DNA from: Candidatus Roizmanbacteria bacterium RIFCSPHIGHO2_02_FULL_40_13b
GTDB lineage: Bacteria > Patescibacteriota > Microgenomatia > UBA1406 > HO2-37-13b
DNA: 64,000 nucleotides
Direction: 5' to 3'
Assembly (NCBI GenBank): GCA_001789445.1
Contig: MFZQ01000014.1
Coordinates: 11,557 to 75,556, forward strand
A model generated the notes under the pieces. The model saw only the letters and a program-made list of their open reading frames with translations. It was not told where the DNA came from and did no database searches. This document shows positions 48,829 to 58,001 of this stretch, one piece after another; the first letter of the stretch is position 1; each line of letters starts with the position of its first letter. The translations under genes were made by a program, and so were the position numbers.

Positions 48829-49578
48829 TCATGCTATAGTCCATCCGCCATCAATAACTAACGTCTGACCAGCTACAAAGCTTGATTCATCGCTTGCTAA
48901 ATAAACTGCTCCATATGCAATATCTGCTGGTATACCAACCCTTCCAACTGGAGTTTTACTTAAAAATCCCTGTTTTGCTTGCTCATTTTCTAAAAAAGGC
49001 TTGGTCATATCAGTATCAATAATACCCGGGGCGATAGCATTAACACAAATTCCTTTCGGAGCATAATCCAGGGCCATTTCACGAGTTAAATTAACTACTG
49101 CTCCTTTTGCGGCACAATATGCTGCCGACTTTTCAAATCCAAATAATCCTGCTATGGAGGCAATATTTATGATTTTTCCTTTTCCATTTTTAATCATATC
49201 GGGCAACACCGCTTTTGACATGAGATATACTCCTTTAGCATCGATATCCATAACTTTGTCCCATTCTTCCTCGCTTGTTGAAGTTACATCATCAGGAATA
49301 TAGACTCCTGCATTGTTTACAAGTATGTCAATTGAACCAAACTTTAACCGAACCGTACTAAGCATTTCTTGAATTTGTTTTTGTGAGGAAACATCAGTCA
49401 TACAGTACATCGCTTCTCCACCACTTCGATCTATTTCATCAACAACTTCTTTCAACGGTTTCTCTCGTCTACCACAAACAACAACTTGCGCACCTTCTCT
49501 AGCAAACATCCGAGCTATTTCGGCCCCAATTCCTGTTCCACCTCCTGTAATTAATGCAACTTTATGTTGTAATCTCAT
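48829..49578 (-). CDS. Short-chain dehydrogenase/reductase
   Basis: TGGGTGIG, NNAG, YCAAK. Confidence 0.92.
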   Translation of the reverse strand: MRLQHKVALITGGGTGIGAEIARMFAREGAQVVVCGRREKPLKEVVDEIDRSGGEAMYCMTDVSSQKQIQEMLSTVRLKFGSIDILVNNAGVYIPDDVTSTSEEEWDKVMDIDAKGVYLMSKAVLPDMIKNGKGKIINIASIAGLFGFEKSAAYCAAKGAVVNLTREMALDYAPKGICVNAIAPGIIDTDMTKPFLENEQAKQGFLSKTPVGRVGIPADIAYGAVYLASDESSFVAGQTLVIDGGWTIA

Positions 49579-49601
49579 ATTTTTTTCTCCTTCCTGATAG
49601 G

Positions 49602-49973
49602 CTAGCCTGAAACTTCAGCTTTTTGAGCATCCTCCTTTGTTACATGGATTGTTCCGTCTGCATGCTCTGGTGGCGAGTAAATTGTAAACAATTTTAAGTC
49701 CTCATCACCACTATTTTTAAAGTTGTGCACCGTTCCTGCTGGAACATATACAACATCATGCTCTTTAAGCATACGTAACTCTCCATTTATTGTTGCTTCA
49801 CACTCTCCATCGATAAAGTAAAGAATTTGATCAACTCCTCCGTGCGTTTCTTCGCCAATATCTTCTCCTACCGCAATACTCATTGCAACAATTTGGCTAT
49901 GCGTCCCCGTGTACAATACTTTTCTGAAATTAGCGTTTTCTTTTGTTAGTTTTTTAATATCTGTTGCAAACAT
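49602..49973 (-). CDS. Cupin-domain protein
   Basis: GEETH..DQ, VPAGTVHN, TIYSPPEH. Confidence 0.88.
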   Translation of the reverse strand: MFATDIKKLTKENANFRKVLYTGTHSQIVAMSIAVGEDIGEETHGGVDQILYFIDGECEATINGELRMLKEHDVVYVPAGTVHNFKNSGDEDLKLFTIYSPPEHADGTIHVTKEDAQKAEVSG

Positions 49974-50093
49974 AGTTTTGCCTCACTTTCTCGTTAGTCA
50001 TATTGTGGACCCCGGAGGTTAAAAAAACAATGACCTTAATCATCTTTTTGTGATGATGTATTGTATCGATTTAGAATAGTTCTTATTATATAG

Positions 50094-50456
50094 TTGAGTC
50101 ATATGATTACAGTTTTACAGTCGGGGACATATGAACTCTTTGAAACAAAAGAACAGACTAAAATCCTAATTTTAGATAAAAAATATACATTTGCATGGGT
50201 AAGTATACGTGAAATTGGAGAAATTTTGGTAACTTCTCATAAAACGCATAAAACTGATACTACGCTTGCTCTGGGAAAATATCGATTATATGATGTAAAA
50301 GATGAACCAAAACTTTCTGATCAAATTCATCTTGAACTCGCACTAGGAGAAGGATTGTGGCAAGGATATTTGTTACCAACAGGTCTCCCAACAAATATAA
50401 AGAAAAGGAATCGAATAATCCCCACTATTGAAGTCATAACAAAATCAACTCATTGA
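50094..50456 (+). CDS. Hypothetical protein
   Basis: Plausible 120-aa ORF filling the gap. No motif recognised. Confidence 0.6.
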   Translation: MSHMITVLQSGTYELFETKEQTKILILDKKYTFAWVSIREIGEILVTSHKTHKTDTTLALGKYRLYDVKDEPKLSDQIHLELALGEGLWQGYLLPTGLPTNIKKRNRIIPTIEVITKSTH

Positions 50457-51097
50457 TCTTTATGCAACTCCTGTTTTAACGAATGTAAGTCGTTAAGAAT
50501 CATCGTTTTGGCACTAAATGAAATAAGTTCTTTTTCTTTCAAATGTTTTAATTCTCTACTTACCGTTTCTTTGGTCATTCCAACTTGGGCGGCAAGCTGA
50601 CGATTTGTTATTATAATTTCCCATTTTCCGTTTTTCACGACGCCAAATCGTTTTGTATAAATGATGAGTTCTGTAATAAGCCGAGCATATGCATTTCCCG
50701 CCATTAAATATGTTATTTTCTGTGTTATTCCGTCTGTTCCTTTAAAAACTCGAGCTAGAAGATCATAGAGTACTTCTGGTTCATTTTTTATAAATGTAAT
50801 AACTTCTTTTTTAGGCGCTTTGTAAATATCAAGTTCTGTTATAGCTTCATAATAATATTCGTTTGGTGCGTCATTAATTGCCCATGACATCGGGAAAAAA
50901 GAAATTGGTTTGAAGATATTTACCACAAGTTCTTCTCCTTTTTGAGAAATAGCATATTCTTTAACAGAACCTTCTTTTAGATAAAAAATTCCTGATGGAG
51001 CTTCGTCCGCACGAATGAGGATCTCTCCTTTTTTATATGTCTGGTGTTGAAATTGAGTAAAAAAACGCTCAATTTTTTCAGCAAGTTGCGGGTTCAT
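50450..51097 (-). CDS. Crp/Fnr-family regulator
   Basis: cNMP-type domain (YKKGE, GSVK) and HTH LAAQVGMTKETVSREL. Confidence 0.9.
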   Translation of the reverse strand: MNPQLAEKIERFFTQFQHQTYKKGEILIRADEAPSGIFYLKEGSVKEYAISQKGEELVVNIFKPISFFPMSWAINDAPNEYYYEAITELDIYKAPKKEVITFIKNEPEVLYDLLARVFKGTDGITQKITYLMAGNAYARLITELIIYTKRFGVVKNGKWEIIITNRQLAAQVGMTKETVSRELKHLKEKELISFSAKTMILNDLHSLKQELHKDQ

Positions 51098-51420
51098 AAA
51101 TCAGCCTCATTAATCAAAGAATAAATATCATATGCAACTTCATCATATGGATGAGCTTTTTTCATCACGGCGATAACTTCTTTTGCTCTTTCTTTGGCGC
51201 ACACAACCTCAATCCGCTCTTCTTCAACAACTTCAAGTTTTCCAACTTCCCCGGTAAAGGGCTTGGCACCTTGTAACGGCAAAAACCGTCCGACACCTTT
51301 TGATGAAAATGAAGAATGACTGTAGTTTCTGTATTGTCCAGCTCCGGCATCCCCCATCGCACGTCGAACAACGTCAGTATGAGAAAGTGGAACGAAGACA
51401 ACGATTTTTACGAGGTTCAT
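51094..51420 (-). CDS. YqfO/NIF3-insert-like (PII-like) protein
   Basis: KIVVFVP, AGAG..NY..SF, GRF.P..GA.P..G, HPYDEVAYD. Confidence 0.8.
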   Translation of the reverse strand: MNLVKIVVFVPLSHTDVVRRAMGDAGAGQYRNYSHSSFSSKGVGRFLPLQGAKPFTGEVGKLEVVEEERIEVVCAKERAKEVIAVMKKAHPYDEVAYDIYSLINEADL

Positions 51421-51455
51421 GAGGAGATTATATCAAATTAAGATGCGGGAACGCT

Positions 51456-51980
51456 TTATCTAGCGTGTGGCTCGAATGGGTAAAATCTTCGTCCTAAAAA
51501 AGCATCGACTGAAAAATCAGTTATGCCATTTCTTTTTCCCCATAAAGCATATGCTAATAACCGGTGATTCCCATCAAGCGCATACGTTGTATGAGTAAGG
51601 GGATTTCTCCCTCGAACAAGAAGTAATGGACGAAACTTGCCACCAGTTCCCAAAAAATCAACGAGGTCGTCAATGTGGTTACTAAAATCCGTTGGTAATA
51701 AACTACCTTTCTCGTAGTACATTTGCACGACTGATGAAATTTTTCTCTGTCTACCGTTATCTGTTAAAAGTCTTGTTGCGATTTGACTTGGACCAGTAGG
51801 TTCGTAAAACCAATTGACGTCTTGAAGCTGGGAGATTGTCGGAGTATATATGTTCCAATGATAGGTAGCTATTTCTTTTTTTAAGATCTCTGTATCTTTA
51901 TCATCGGGTACCAACACCGCTCGCTCAACATCTGCACTACTTACTGCATGATTTTCAAGACCAGGTTGTGCAATTTCCAT
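51456..51980 (-). CDS. Hypothetical protein, possible ParB/Srx-like fold
   Basis: PLLLV..YALDGNHRL.A. Confidence 0.45.
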   Translation of the reverse strand: MEIAQPGLENHAVSSADVERAVLVPDDKDTEILKKEIATYHWNIYTPTISQLQDVNWFYEPTGPSQIATRLLTDNGRQRKISSVVQMYYEKGSLLPTDFSNHIDDLVDFLGTGGKFRPLLLVRGRNPLTHTTYALDGNHRLLAYALWGKRNGITDFSVDAFLGRRFYPFEPHAR

Positions 51981-52048
51981 AAGAAATTATATCATTTTCA
52001 GAGCGTTCGAGCTATCGAGATATCCCAAACCACTCCCGGGGTGGGAGA

Positions 52049-52666
52049 TTACGGCATCGTTTCGACCATCATTTTGTAATAGACTTGACGGGTAAGCTCG
52101 ACATCTTTCATACAATACACGCAGATTTCCTCTATCTTCCCTTCTTGAAAATATGGCCAGACTTGCGACCCATCCATAACATCTTTTGACGTTGGAAATC
52201 CAAATACTTTGGCCAAGGTATCGAGCTTTACATTTTTTCCATACCCCCATTTTCCCCACTCGCTCATCGTATCAAAAAACGGCATACTGCGATATTTGGC
52301 AAATGAAAGCTCAAGGCGCGGTTTGACTCCATGAATGATGGAGCGCTGATAGATGAAGGGAAGGTCAAACTCAAAAATATTGTGTCCGATAAATTGATAG
52401 ACATCTGCGGCAATTCTCCAAAAATCGGAGAGCATTTGTTTTTCATCCCCTTTCAAAACACCTCTTTCTATTTGAGAACCTTCTTTGATGTATCCAATGC
52501 AACAAATACGACCAAATGTACCATCAAACGATGTTTTGGCAATCAGCTCATCAACCTTCTCAACTATAAGACCTTCGCCATCTTTCTTACTTTTGATTTC
52601 CAGATATAAATTCTTCATCGACTCATCAACCGGAATTGTTTCGATGTCAAAAAAGAGTTTTGTCAT
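52049..52666 (-). CDS. DEDD 3'-5' exonuclease (PolB-exo/RNase H-like)
   Basis: FDIET, GHNI..FDLP, YCMKDV. Confidence 0.85.
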   Translation of the reverse strand: MTKLFFDIETIPVDESMKNLYLEIKSKKDGEGLIVEKVDELIAKTSFDGTFGRICCIGYIKEGSQIERGVLKGDEKQMLSDFWRIAADVYQFIGHNIFEFDLPFIYQRSIIHGVKPRLELSFAKYRSMPFFDTMSEWGKWGYGKNVKLDTLAKVFGFPTSKDVMDGSQVWPYFQEGKIEEICVYCMKDVELTRQVYYKMMVETMP

Positions 52667-52750
52667 GGGGGTATTGTATATGCTAATTGCTATTTTGTCT
52701 ACAGTATATATGCAACATTTTGTGCGTAAGGTAGGCAGAATATAGATGAA

Positions 52751-52963
52751 TCAGGGGCAGGGGGCGAACTGGCAATTTGGACCACTCCGGCCGACAGCGG
52801 ATCCATCGGGACAAAGCTTTGCTTCCATAGTACAAGCTATTTGACCTTGTCCTTGCCAGGGGAAAATGTAACACCAGTCATCTTCACAGCCCCACGTAAT
52901 TAGCACTACGAGTAGAATTACTACAGCCACAACTACCATCACCACCACTCTCATGATATTCAT
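52751..52963 (-). CDS. Small exported Cys-rich peptide (CPDG motif)
   Basis: TM segment, then CTMEAKLCPDGSAVGRSGPNCQFAPCP. Confidence 0.75.
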   Translation of the reverse strand: MNIMRVVVMVVVAVVILLVVLITWGCEDDWCYIFPWQGQGQIACTMEAKLCPDGSAVGRSGPNCQFAPCP

Positions 52964-53019
52964 ACCAATATTTTAGCATTTTGACGGGTGAGAATTTTAG
53001 TGTCAAAAATTATGAACCA

Positions 53020-53646
53020 TCAAGGTTGGGAAATATTTTTTTGAACATTAGAGTTCTTCAAAACTTTGACTGGTTTATCCCCGTCTGCAGGATCAATAAT
53101 GCCTGCAATTTCAAGTGCATCAATGAGACCTGCTGCACGTGCATACCCAATACTAAGCTTTCTTTGTAAAAGTGGTGTAGAAACTTTTCCAAATTCTTGT
53201 GCTAATCTTACCGCATCATCATATACTGGGTCAGTTTTAGGATTAAGAATCTCCCGAGGTTTTGCGCCATCAACCGGACTTACGATTCCTCTTTTTTCCA
53301 TCATATCTACTAACTTTGAAGCTCTGGCATATCCAATATCTAGTTTTCTCTGTAGTAATGAAGTTGATACTTTCCCTGCCTGCATAATTGCAATCACTGC
53401 TTTGGAGTACAGGGGATCAAAATTAACATCAAGATCATCTTCTGTTTGATCTATAAATTGTTCTTCTGTAGTTGGATTAAGTCGGGAAGTAAGAATTTGA
53501 ACTGTTCTATTGAGATCAGAAATTTTCTCCTCATTTTTTTCTTGCAATTCTCGTGAAGTACTTTCGAGCCTCCATACCTCATACAAAAGGTACACTAGTA
53601 ATGCAAATATGAGAAACAAAGTAATTTGGGTAACAGTCATAACCAT
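53020..53646 (-). CDS. Membrane-anchored protein with two FtsK-gamma domains
   Basis: TM, coiled coil, and two copies of DP.Y..A..GKVST.LLQRKL.IGYARA..L.D..E..GI. Confidence 0.8.
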   Translation of the reverse strand: MVMTVTQITLFLIFALLVYLLYEVWRLESTSRELQEKNEEKISDLNRTVQILTSRLNPTTEEQFIDQTEDDLDVNFDPLYSKAVIAIMQAGKVSTSLLQRKLDIGYARASKLVDMMEKRGIVSPVDGAKPREILNPKTDPVYDDAVRLAQEFGKVSTPLLQRKLSIGYARAAGLIDALEIAGIIDPADGDKPVKVLKNSNVQKNISQP

Positions 53647-53734
53647 TTATTCAAATGGGTAGTTGGGATAAGTATAGCATAGTGAGGGGTGGATTTTTGG
53701 ATAAGAGGGGTGTAGATCATGGGTAAAATCAAGT

Positions 53735-56047
53735 TCATAAATAAGCTGCCTTAGCATATAAATCTTTCTGGAACGCAAAAAAAATTGATCGGATATCCTC
53801 TACACTTCCAAGTGATTGTTCGGCATTAGCAATGGCATGATATTTTATATTTAATAATATTGGCAACATTTCTTCATCAAGTTCTTCGACCCCTTTTTCT
53901 TCGTATTTTGACAGCACAAAATCTAAAAATTCTTTTTGTTTTTCATCGAGTCCCTCAAAAATTTTGTCCTTTGATTGTGCTATTCTTTGTGTTCTTGAAA
54001 TCGGCTGTGTTAAGAATGAAATATATGTTAAAACGTCAAATAAATCACTTTGCTCAGCATCGATCAATTTTTGCAATGTTTCTAATTCATCTTTACCATA
54101 ACCTCTTTCAGCAATCTTTTCTAAGAATGCTTTGCGTGTGGTTGGGTTTGACCAAATTTTTCTTAACTCTTCCTCATTCTTAAAAAAGTCTGGCAAGACA
54201 CCGAACATATTATCCATAAACTCATTTACAGAGATTGGCTTTCCATCAGGACCCCAAAATGATGTAGAAATCATATGTTTTATCTCACGTTCTTTACCAT
54301 CTCGTAATTTTATTTTTAATTTTTCCTTTGGTTCCACTTGATCTTTGTCACCAATAACTAAACTCTGATCATTAACTGGCTCCGGATATTTAATTACCTT
54401 TGGCTCGCTCTCTGCTGTATCATCTACGGGTTCCCCGTCCCATTCCGAATCAGAAAAATGATGATAAGCATCAACAAAATCAAAAATTGTAAAATATTCT
54501 TTACCATCAAAAAGTCTCGTCCCACGACCAATAATTTGTTTAAACTCAATTATAGAATTGACTGGCCGCATCAAAACAATATTGCGAATATTACGTGCAT
54601 CAACACCGGTTGAAAGCTTTTGTGATGTGGTTAAAATAGTGGGAATTGTTTTTTCATTATCTTGAAACTCTCGTAAAAATTGCTCACCTCGAAATCCATC
54701 GTTTGCTGTCACTCGCACACAATAATTTGGATCTCTACTGTCTTTCATTTGATTTACCAAATCACGAATTGCCAAAGCGTGGTCTTGTGTTGCACAAAAT
54801 ATAATCGTTTCTTCGTTTTGATTTATTTCGTCCAAGATTATGCGAACTCGTTTAGCTTCGCGTTCTTTAATAAAAATAATTTTATTAAAGTCGGGTTCTT
54901 CATAAATTTTGCCTTCCTCTACTTCTCCTTCAATTATTTGATCATCAGAAACGTACATATAGTCATCAAGAGTCGTTTTGATTCTTTTGACTTTAAATGG
55001 TGTTAAAAACCCATCGTTTACGCCTTCCTTGAGTGAATAAATATAGACTGGTTCGCCAAAATATTTATACGTATCTACGTTATCTTTTCGCTTTGGTGTA
55101 GCTGTTAATCCTAGTTGAACAGCTGGCGAAAAATATTCCAAAATCCCCCGCCAATTACTTTCATCGTTAGCGCCACCTCGATGACATTCGTCGATAATAA
55201 TAAAATCAAAAAAATCGGATGGGTAATCACCAAAATAAGGAGTACCGTTTGAACCACTCATAAACGTTTGGAAGATTGTAAAAAAAATACTTCCGCTCAT
55301 TGGCACAGCGCCTCTTCTTCTAATATCCAATGGATTGATTCGTACAAGCGCGTCTTCGTCAAAAGCAGAAAAAGCATTAAATGCTTGATCAGCTAATATA
55401 TTTCTGTCTGCCAAAAATAAAATTCTTGGCCGACGTGTACTATCACGTTTTAAATTCCATCGGGTCTGAAACAGTTTCCAAGCAATCTGAAAAGCTACGG
55501 CCGTTTTTCCGGTTCCAGTTGCCATAGTCAAAAGAATTCTGTTTTTTTCTTCAGCTACCGCGTTTAAAACATTATTAATGGCAATTTCTTGATAATAGCG
55601 GCTGCCATATTCGCCCTCATTTGGCACACGGGCAAATTTTTCTTTCCATTCATTTTGATCCGAATAGGTCTTGTTCCACAGCTCATCTGGAGTGGGAAAA
55701 TTGACAACTGGTCCTTCATGTCCAGTTTTCATGGACATTTCATAAATCTCACGGCCATTAGATGAATACGTAAAATCAATATGCATTTTTCCGGCATATG
55801 CTTTAGCCTGAGCAACTCCCTCACCACATTCTTGATCTTCAGCTTTAGCTTCAATCACACCAATTTTGTGATTTTTATACACAAAAATATAGTCAGCTAT
55901 CTCTGGCTTGCTCCTAGTTCCACCAATTTGGATTTTACCATCAGTAATCCGAAATTCTCGAAGAACTTTTGATCCCTCGACAACTCCCCACCCGCTCGCT
56001 TTAAGCTTTGGATCAATAAGTTCTGCCCGTGTTTCCGCTTCGTTCAT
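53735..56047 (-). CDS. hsdR: Type I restriction subunit R (EcoAI/EcoEI-like)
   Basis: IEAK, MATGTGKT, IIDECHRG, TATP, QIIGRGTR. Confidence 0.93.
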   Translation of the reverse strand: MNEAETRAELIDPKLKASGWGVVEGSKVLREFRITDGKIQIGGTRSKPEIADYIFVYKNHKIGVIEAKAEDQECGEGVAQAKAYAGKMHIDFTYSSNGREIYEMSMKTGHEGPVVNFPTPDELWNKTYSDQNEWKEKFARVPNEGEYGSRYYQEIAINNVLNAVAEEKNRILLTMATGTGKTAVAFQIAWKLFQTRWNLKRDSTRRPRILFLADRNILADQAFNAFSAFDEDALVRINPLDIRRRGAVPMSGSIFFTIFQTFMSGSNGTPYFGDYPSDFFDFIIIDECHRGGANDESNWRGILEYFSPAVQLGLTATPKRKDNVDTYKYFGEPVYIYSLKEGVNDGFLTPFKVKRIKTTLDDYMYVSDDQIIEGEVEEGKIYEEPDFNKIIFIKEREAKRVRIILDEINQNEETIIFCATQDHALAIRDLVNQMKDSRDPNYCVRVTANDGFRGEQFLREFQDNEKTIPTILTTSQKLSTGVDARNIRNIVLMRPVNSIIEFKQIIGRGTRLFDGKEYFTIFDFVDAYHHFSDSEWDGEPVDDTAESEPKVIKYPEPVNDQSLVIGDKDQVEPKEKLKIKLRDGKEREIKHMISTSFWGPDGKPISVNEFMDNMFGVLPDFFKNEEELRKIWSNPTTRKAFLEKIAERGYGKDELETLQKLIDAEQSDLFDVLTYISFLTQPISRTQRIAQSKDKIFEGLDEKQKEFLDFVLSKYEEKGVEELDEEMLPILLNIKYHAIANAEQSLGSVEDIRSIFFAFQKDLYAKAAYL

Positions 56048-56059
56048 ACAATAATTTTA

Positions 56060-56590
56060 CTATGTAAAGAGCTTTTTAACCTCTTTTGCCACTGAAAAAA
56101 CAAATTCAAGATCTGCTTTTGTGTAATCTTTAATCTCTTTATGTATGCCAATATGCTGTTCGTTTCTCAATTGTCTAACTCTATCGATTTTTTTAAATAA
56201 TTCATCTTCTATGCAGTCTTTAGCTTTCAAAAAATTATTAATATTGCCCAGATTAAGTTTTTCAAATTTTATTTTTTCAGGATTTTTCATGTAATCTCCA
56301 GCTATAATTTGATGACTATCAGTAACTTCGTGTAATACTATTTTATTTGTGAAATCCCATTTGTAGATTACCAAATCTTCTTTTGTATATTTCTTCTCCA
56401 ATAGATATAAAAGCAATGCCTCAATAATTGATGCTGTGTAAATAATTACAGTTTTTCTAAAACTGCTTTTGGCTAAGTCACTATAACTCTTTGATTCTGA
56501 AAATGGAATTAGATCAAGAATATGATTAAAGGCAATATCAAGATTTTCTCTCAAAACTAAGTCGCTAACAAAGGGGAAGTTACTAGCCAT
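56060..56590 (-). CDS. Hypothetical protein, possible HEPN-like
   Basis: SIIEALL and LRNEQH motifs in a helical-looking sequence. Confidence 0.5.
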   Translation of the reverse strand: MASNFPFVSDLVLRENLDIAFNHILDLIPFSESKSYSDLAKSSFRKTVIIYTASIIEALLLYLLEKKYTKEDLVIYKWDFTNKIVLHEVTDSHQIIAGDYMKNPEKIKFEKLNLGNINNFLKAKDCIEDELFKKIDRVRQLRNEQHIGIHKEIKDYTKADLEFVFSVAKEVKKLFT

Positions 56591-56594
56591 AGTC

Positions 56595-56789
56595 TCAAGG
56601 CTTGAGCATCTCAGAAAGAGATCTGTATCCTTTTTGTTTTAAATAATTACCAAGCTTCATATTTGATTTTACTCCCAAATCAATGCCATATTTTTTTTCA
56701 ATTGTTCCGACTTTTGTATCAAACCTTTTTGGAGTGAACTGACCCTTGTTATTCTTAGCTCGCGAGGTCTTTGTTTGTTTTGTATTCAT
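56595..56789 (-). CDS. Small basic hypothetical protein
   Basis: 64 aa, preceded by its own TGGTATAAT 6 nt before the ATG. Confidence 0.65.
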   Translation of the reverse strand: MNTKQTKTSRAKNNKGQFTPKRFDTKVGTIEKKYGIDLGVKSNMKLGNYLKQKGYRSLSEMLKP

Positions 56790-56822
56790 AGATTTATTAT
56801 ACCAGCTTTAAAGTAAACTCCA

Positions 56823-58001
56823 TCACAATTCTCCGGCAAACGCCTTCCTGAGCACAGATTTCTTCATCTCCTCCAAATCAGCCAATTTTTGTTTATAAAT
56901 AACTTCCAGTTTTTTAGTCTCAGCCGAAAGCGCATCAAGTTTGATAACAATAGATTTTTGTTCGGAAATATTAGGCATTGGAATAACAAAATCTAAAACC
57001 AAATTCATATTCGCTCTTGGCATTCTGGCTCCTGTCCATGTAGCATTTATTTGTTTAACTGTTTCTTTGGAAATAAGCCAATAAAATAAAAAATTTCTGT
57101 AAAGGTTTTTATTAGGCTTGATAGGGAAAATCTCTGTTGAACAATGACCTTCAAAGTTTGGTAATAGCACTTTATTGAGATATGGTCTTAGTCTTCCATA
57201 TAAAACATGCTCACCACTAAAATGGAAAGTATTGCTTTTTACTTTCAATGGATTCAACGAGCCAAGAAATTTACCAGTATTAGATTCTATATCTTCAAGT
57301 CCAACATACGGCAGATTTGTTTTTTTGTACGGAGTTTTATCATATTTACACACCTCATCCAAGGTATTCTCCTCCCAATCTTTCCCCGGATTAGCAAAAA
57401 CACTCTGCAAATATGATTCAAAAAGCTCTTTGGAGTTTTGAAGATTTTTTTCAGTGTTTTCTTTCGCCTTCGCCACTTTCCCAAAAACCTCATCTAGTTT
57501 TTTTACAATTCGTGTTTGCTCACTGAATGATGGCAACGGTGCCTCAATATCTTTATATGCCTGCATATTTAGATTCCTTATACCAGTTGAGTGACTTTGC
57601 ATTCTCTCTGTTATGCCAGATATATAAGAATAAAATAGAAACTTATGTAGGAAATTAAAATCCAACTCACTTTGATCTTTAATTCTGATCACAGATGTAA
57701 AATTACTAAAAGAAAACTCGCCATCTTTTTTATTAAAAATAATGACACGTCCAACTGGCTGTTTCGGTCCACCCCCTGATTTCTCCAGAACAATATCGCC
57801 ATACATCAGTTTACGATTTGCAAATTGCTTTTTCTCAACATCTAAATAAGCTACGTCAGAGTCGTCTAAACGGCCATCTTTAGTAATGTTTGTATTACGA
57901 ATCACACCAATATTTATATATGGTGGTTCTTTTCCTTTCCATAGGCCGTTATAGAAATCACAGGTCTCACTAAGTTTTTTGGTTTGCCAATTATTTTTCA
58001 T
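56823..58001 (-). CDS. hsdS: Type I specificity subunit S
   Basis: Two TRDs with PLP..EQ..IV repeats, C-terminal KAFAGEL. Confidence 0.92.
   Translation of the reverse strand: MKNNWQTKKLSETCDFYNGLWKGKEPPYINIGVIRNTNITKDGRLDDSDVAYLDVEKKQFANRKLMYGDIVLEKSGGGPKQPVGRVIIFNKKDGEFSFSNFTSVIRIKDQSELDFNFLHKFLFYSYISGITERMQSHSTGIRNLNMQAYKDIEAPLPSFSEQTRIVKKLDEVFGKVAKAKENTEKNLQNSKELFESYLQSVFANPGKDWEENTLDEVCKYDKTPYKKTNLPYVGLEDIESNTGKFLGSLNPLKVKSNTFHFSGEHVLYGRLRPYLNKVLLPNFEGHCSTEIFPIKPNKNLYRNFLFYWLISKETVKQINATWTGARMPRANMNLVLDFVIPMPNISEQKSIVIKLDALSAETKKLEVIYKQKLADLEEMKKSVLRKAFAGEL

Noticed and set aside
50030-50043. Crp/Fnr-like site atgaccttaatcat near the cupin gene
   Set aside because: Too short and degenerate in AT-rich DNA to support, although the nearby Crp/Fnr gene makes it plausible.
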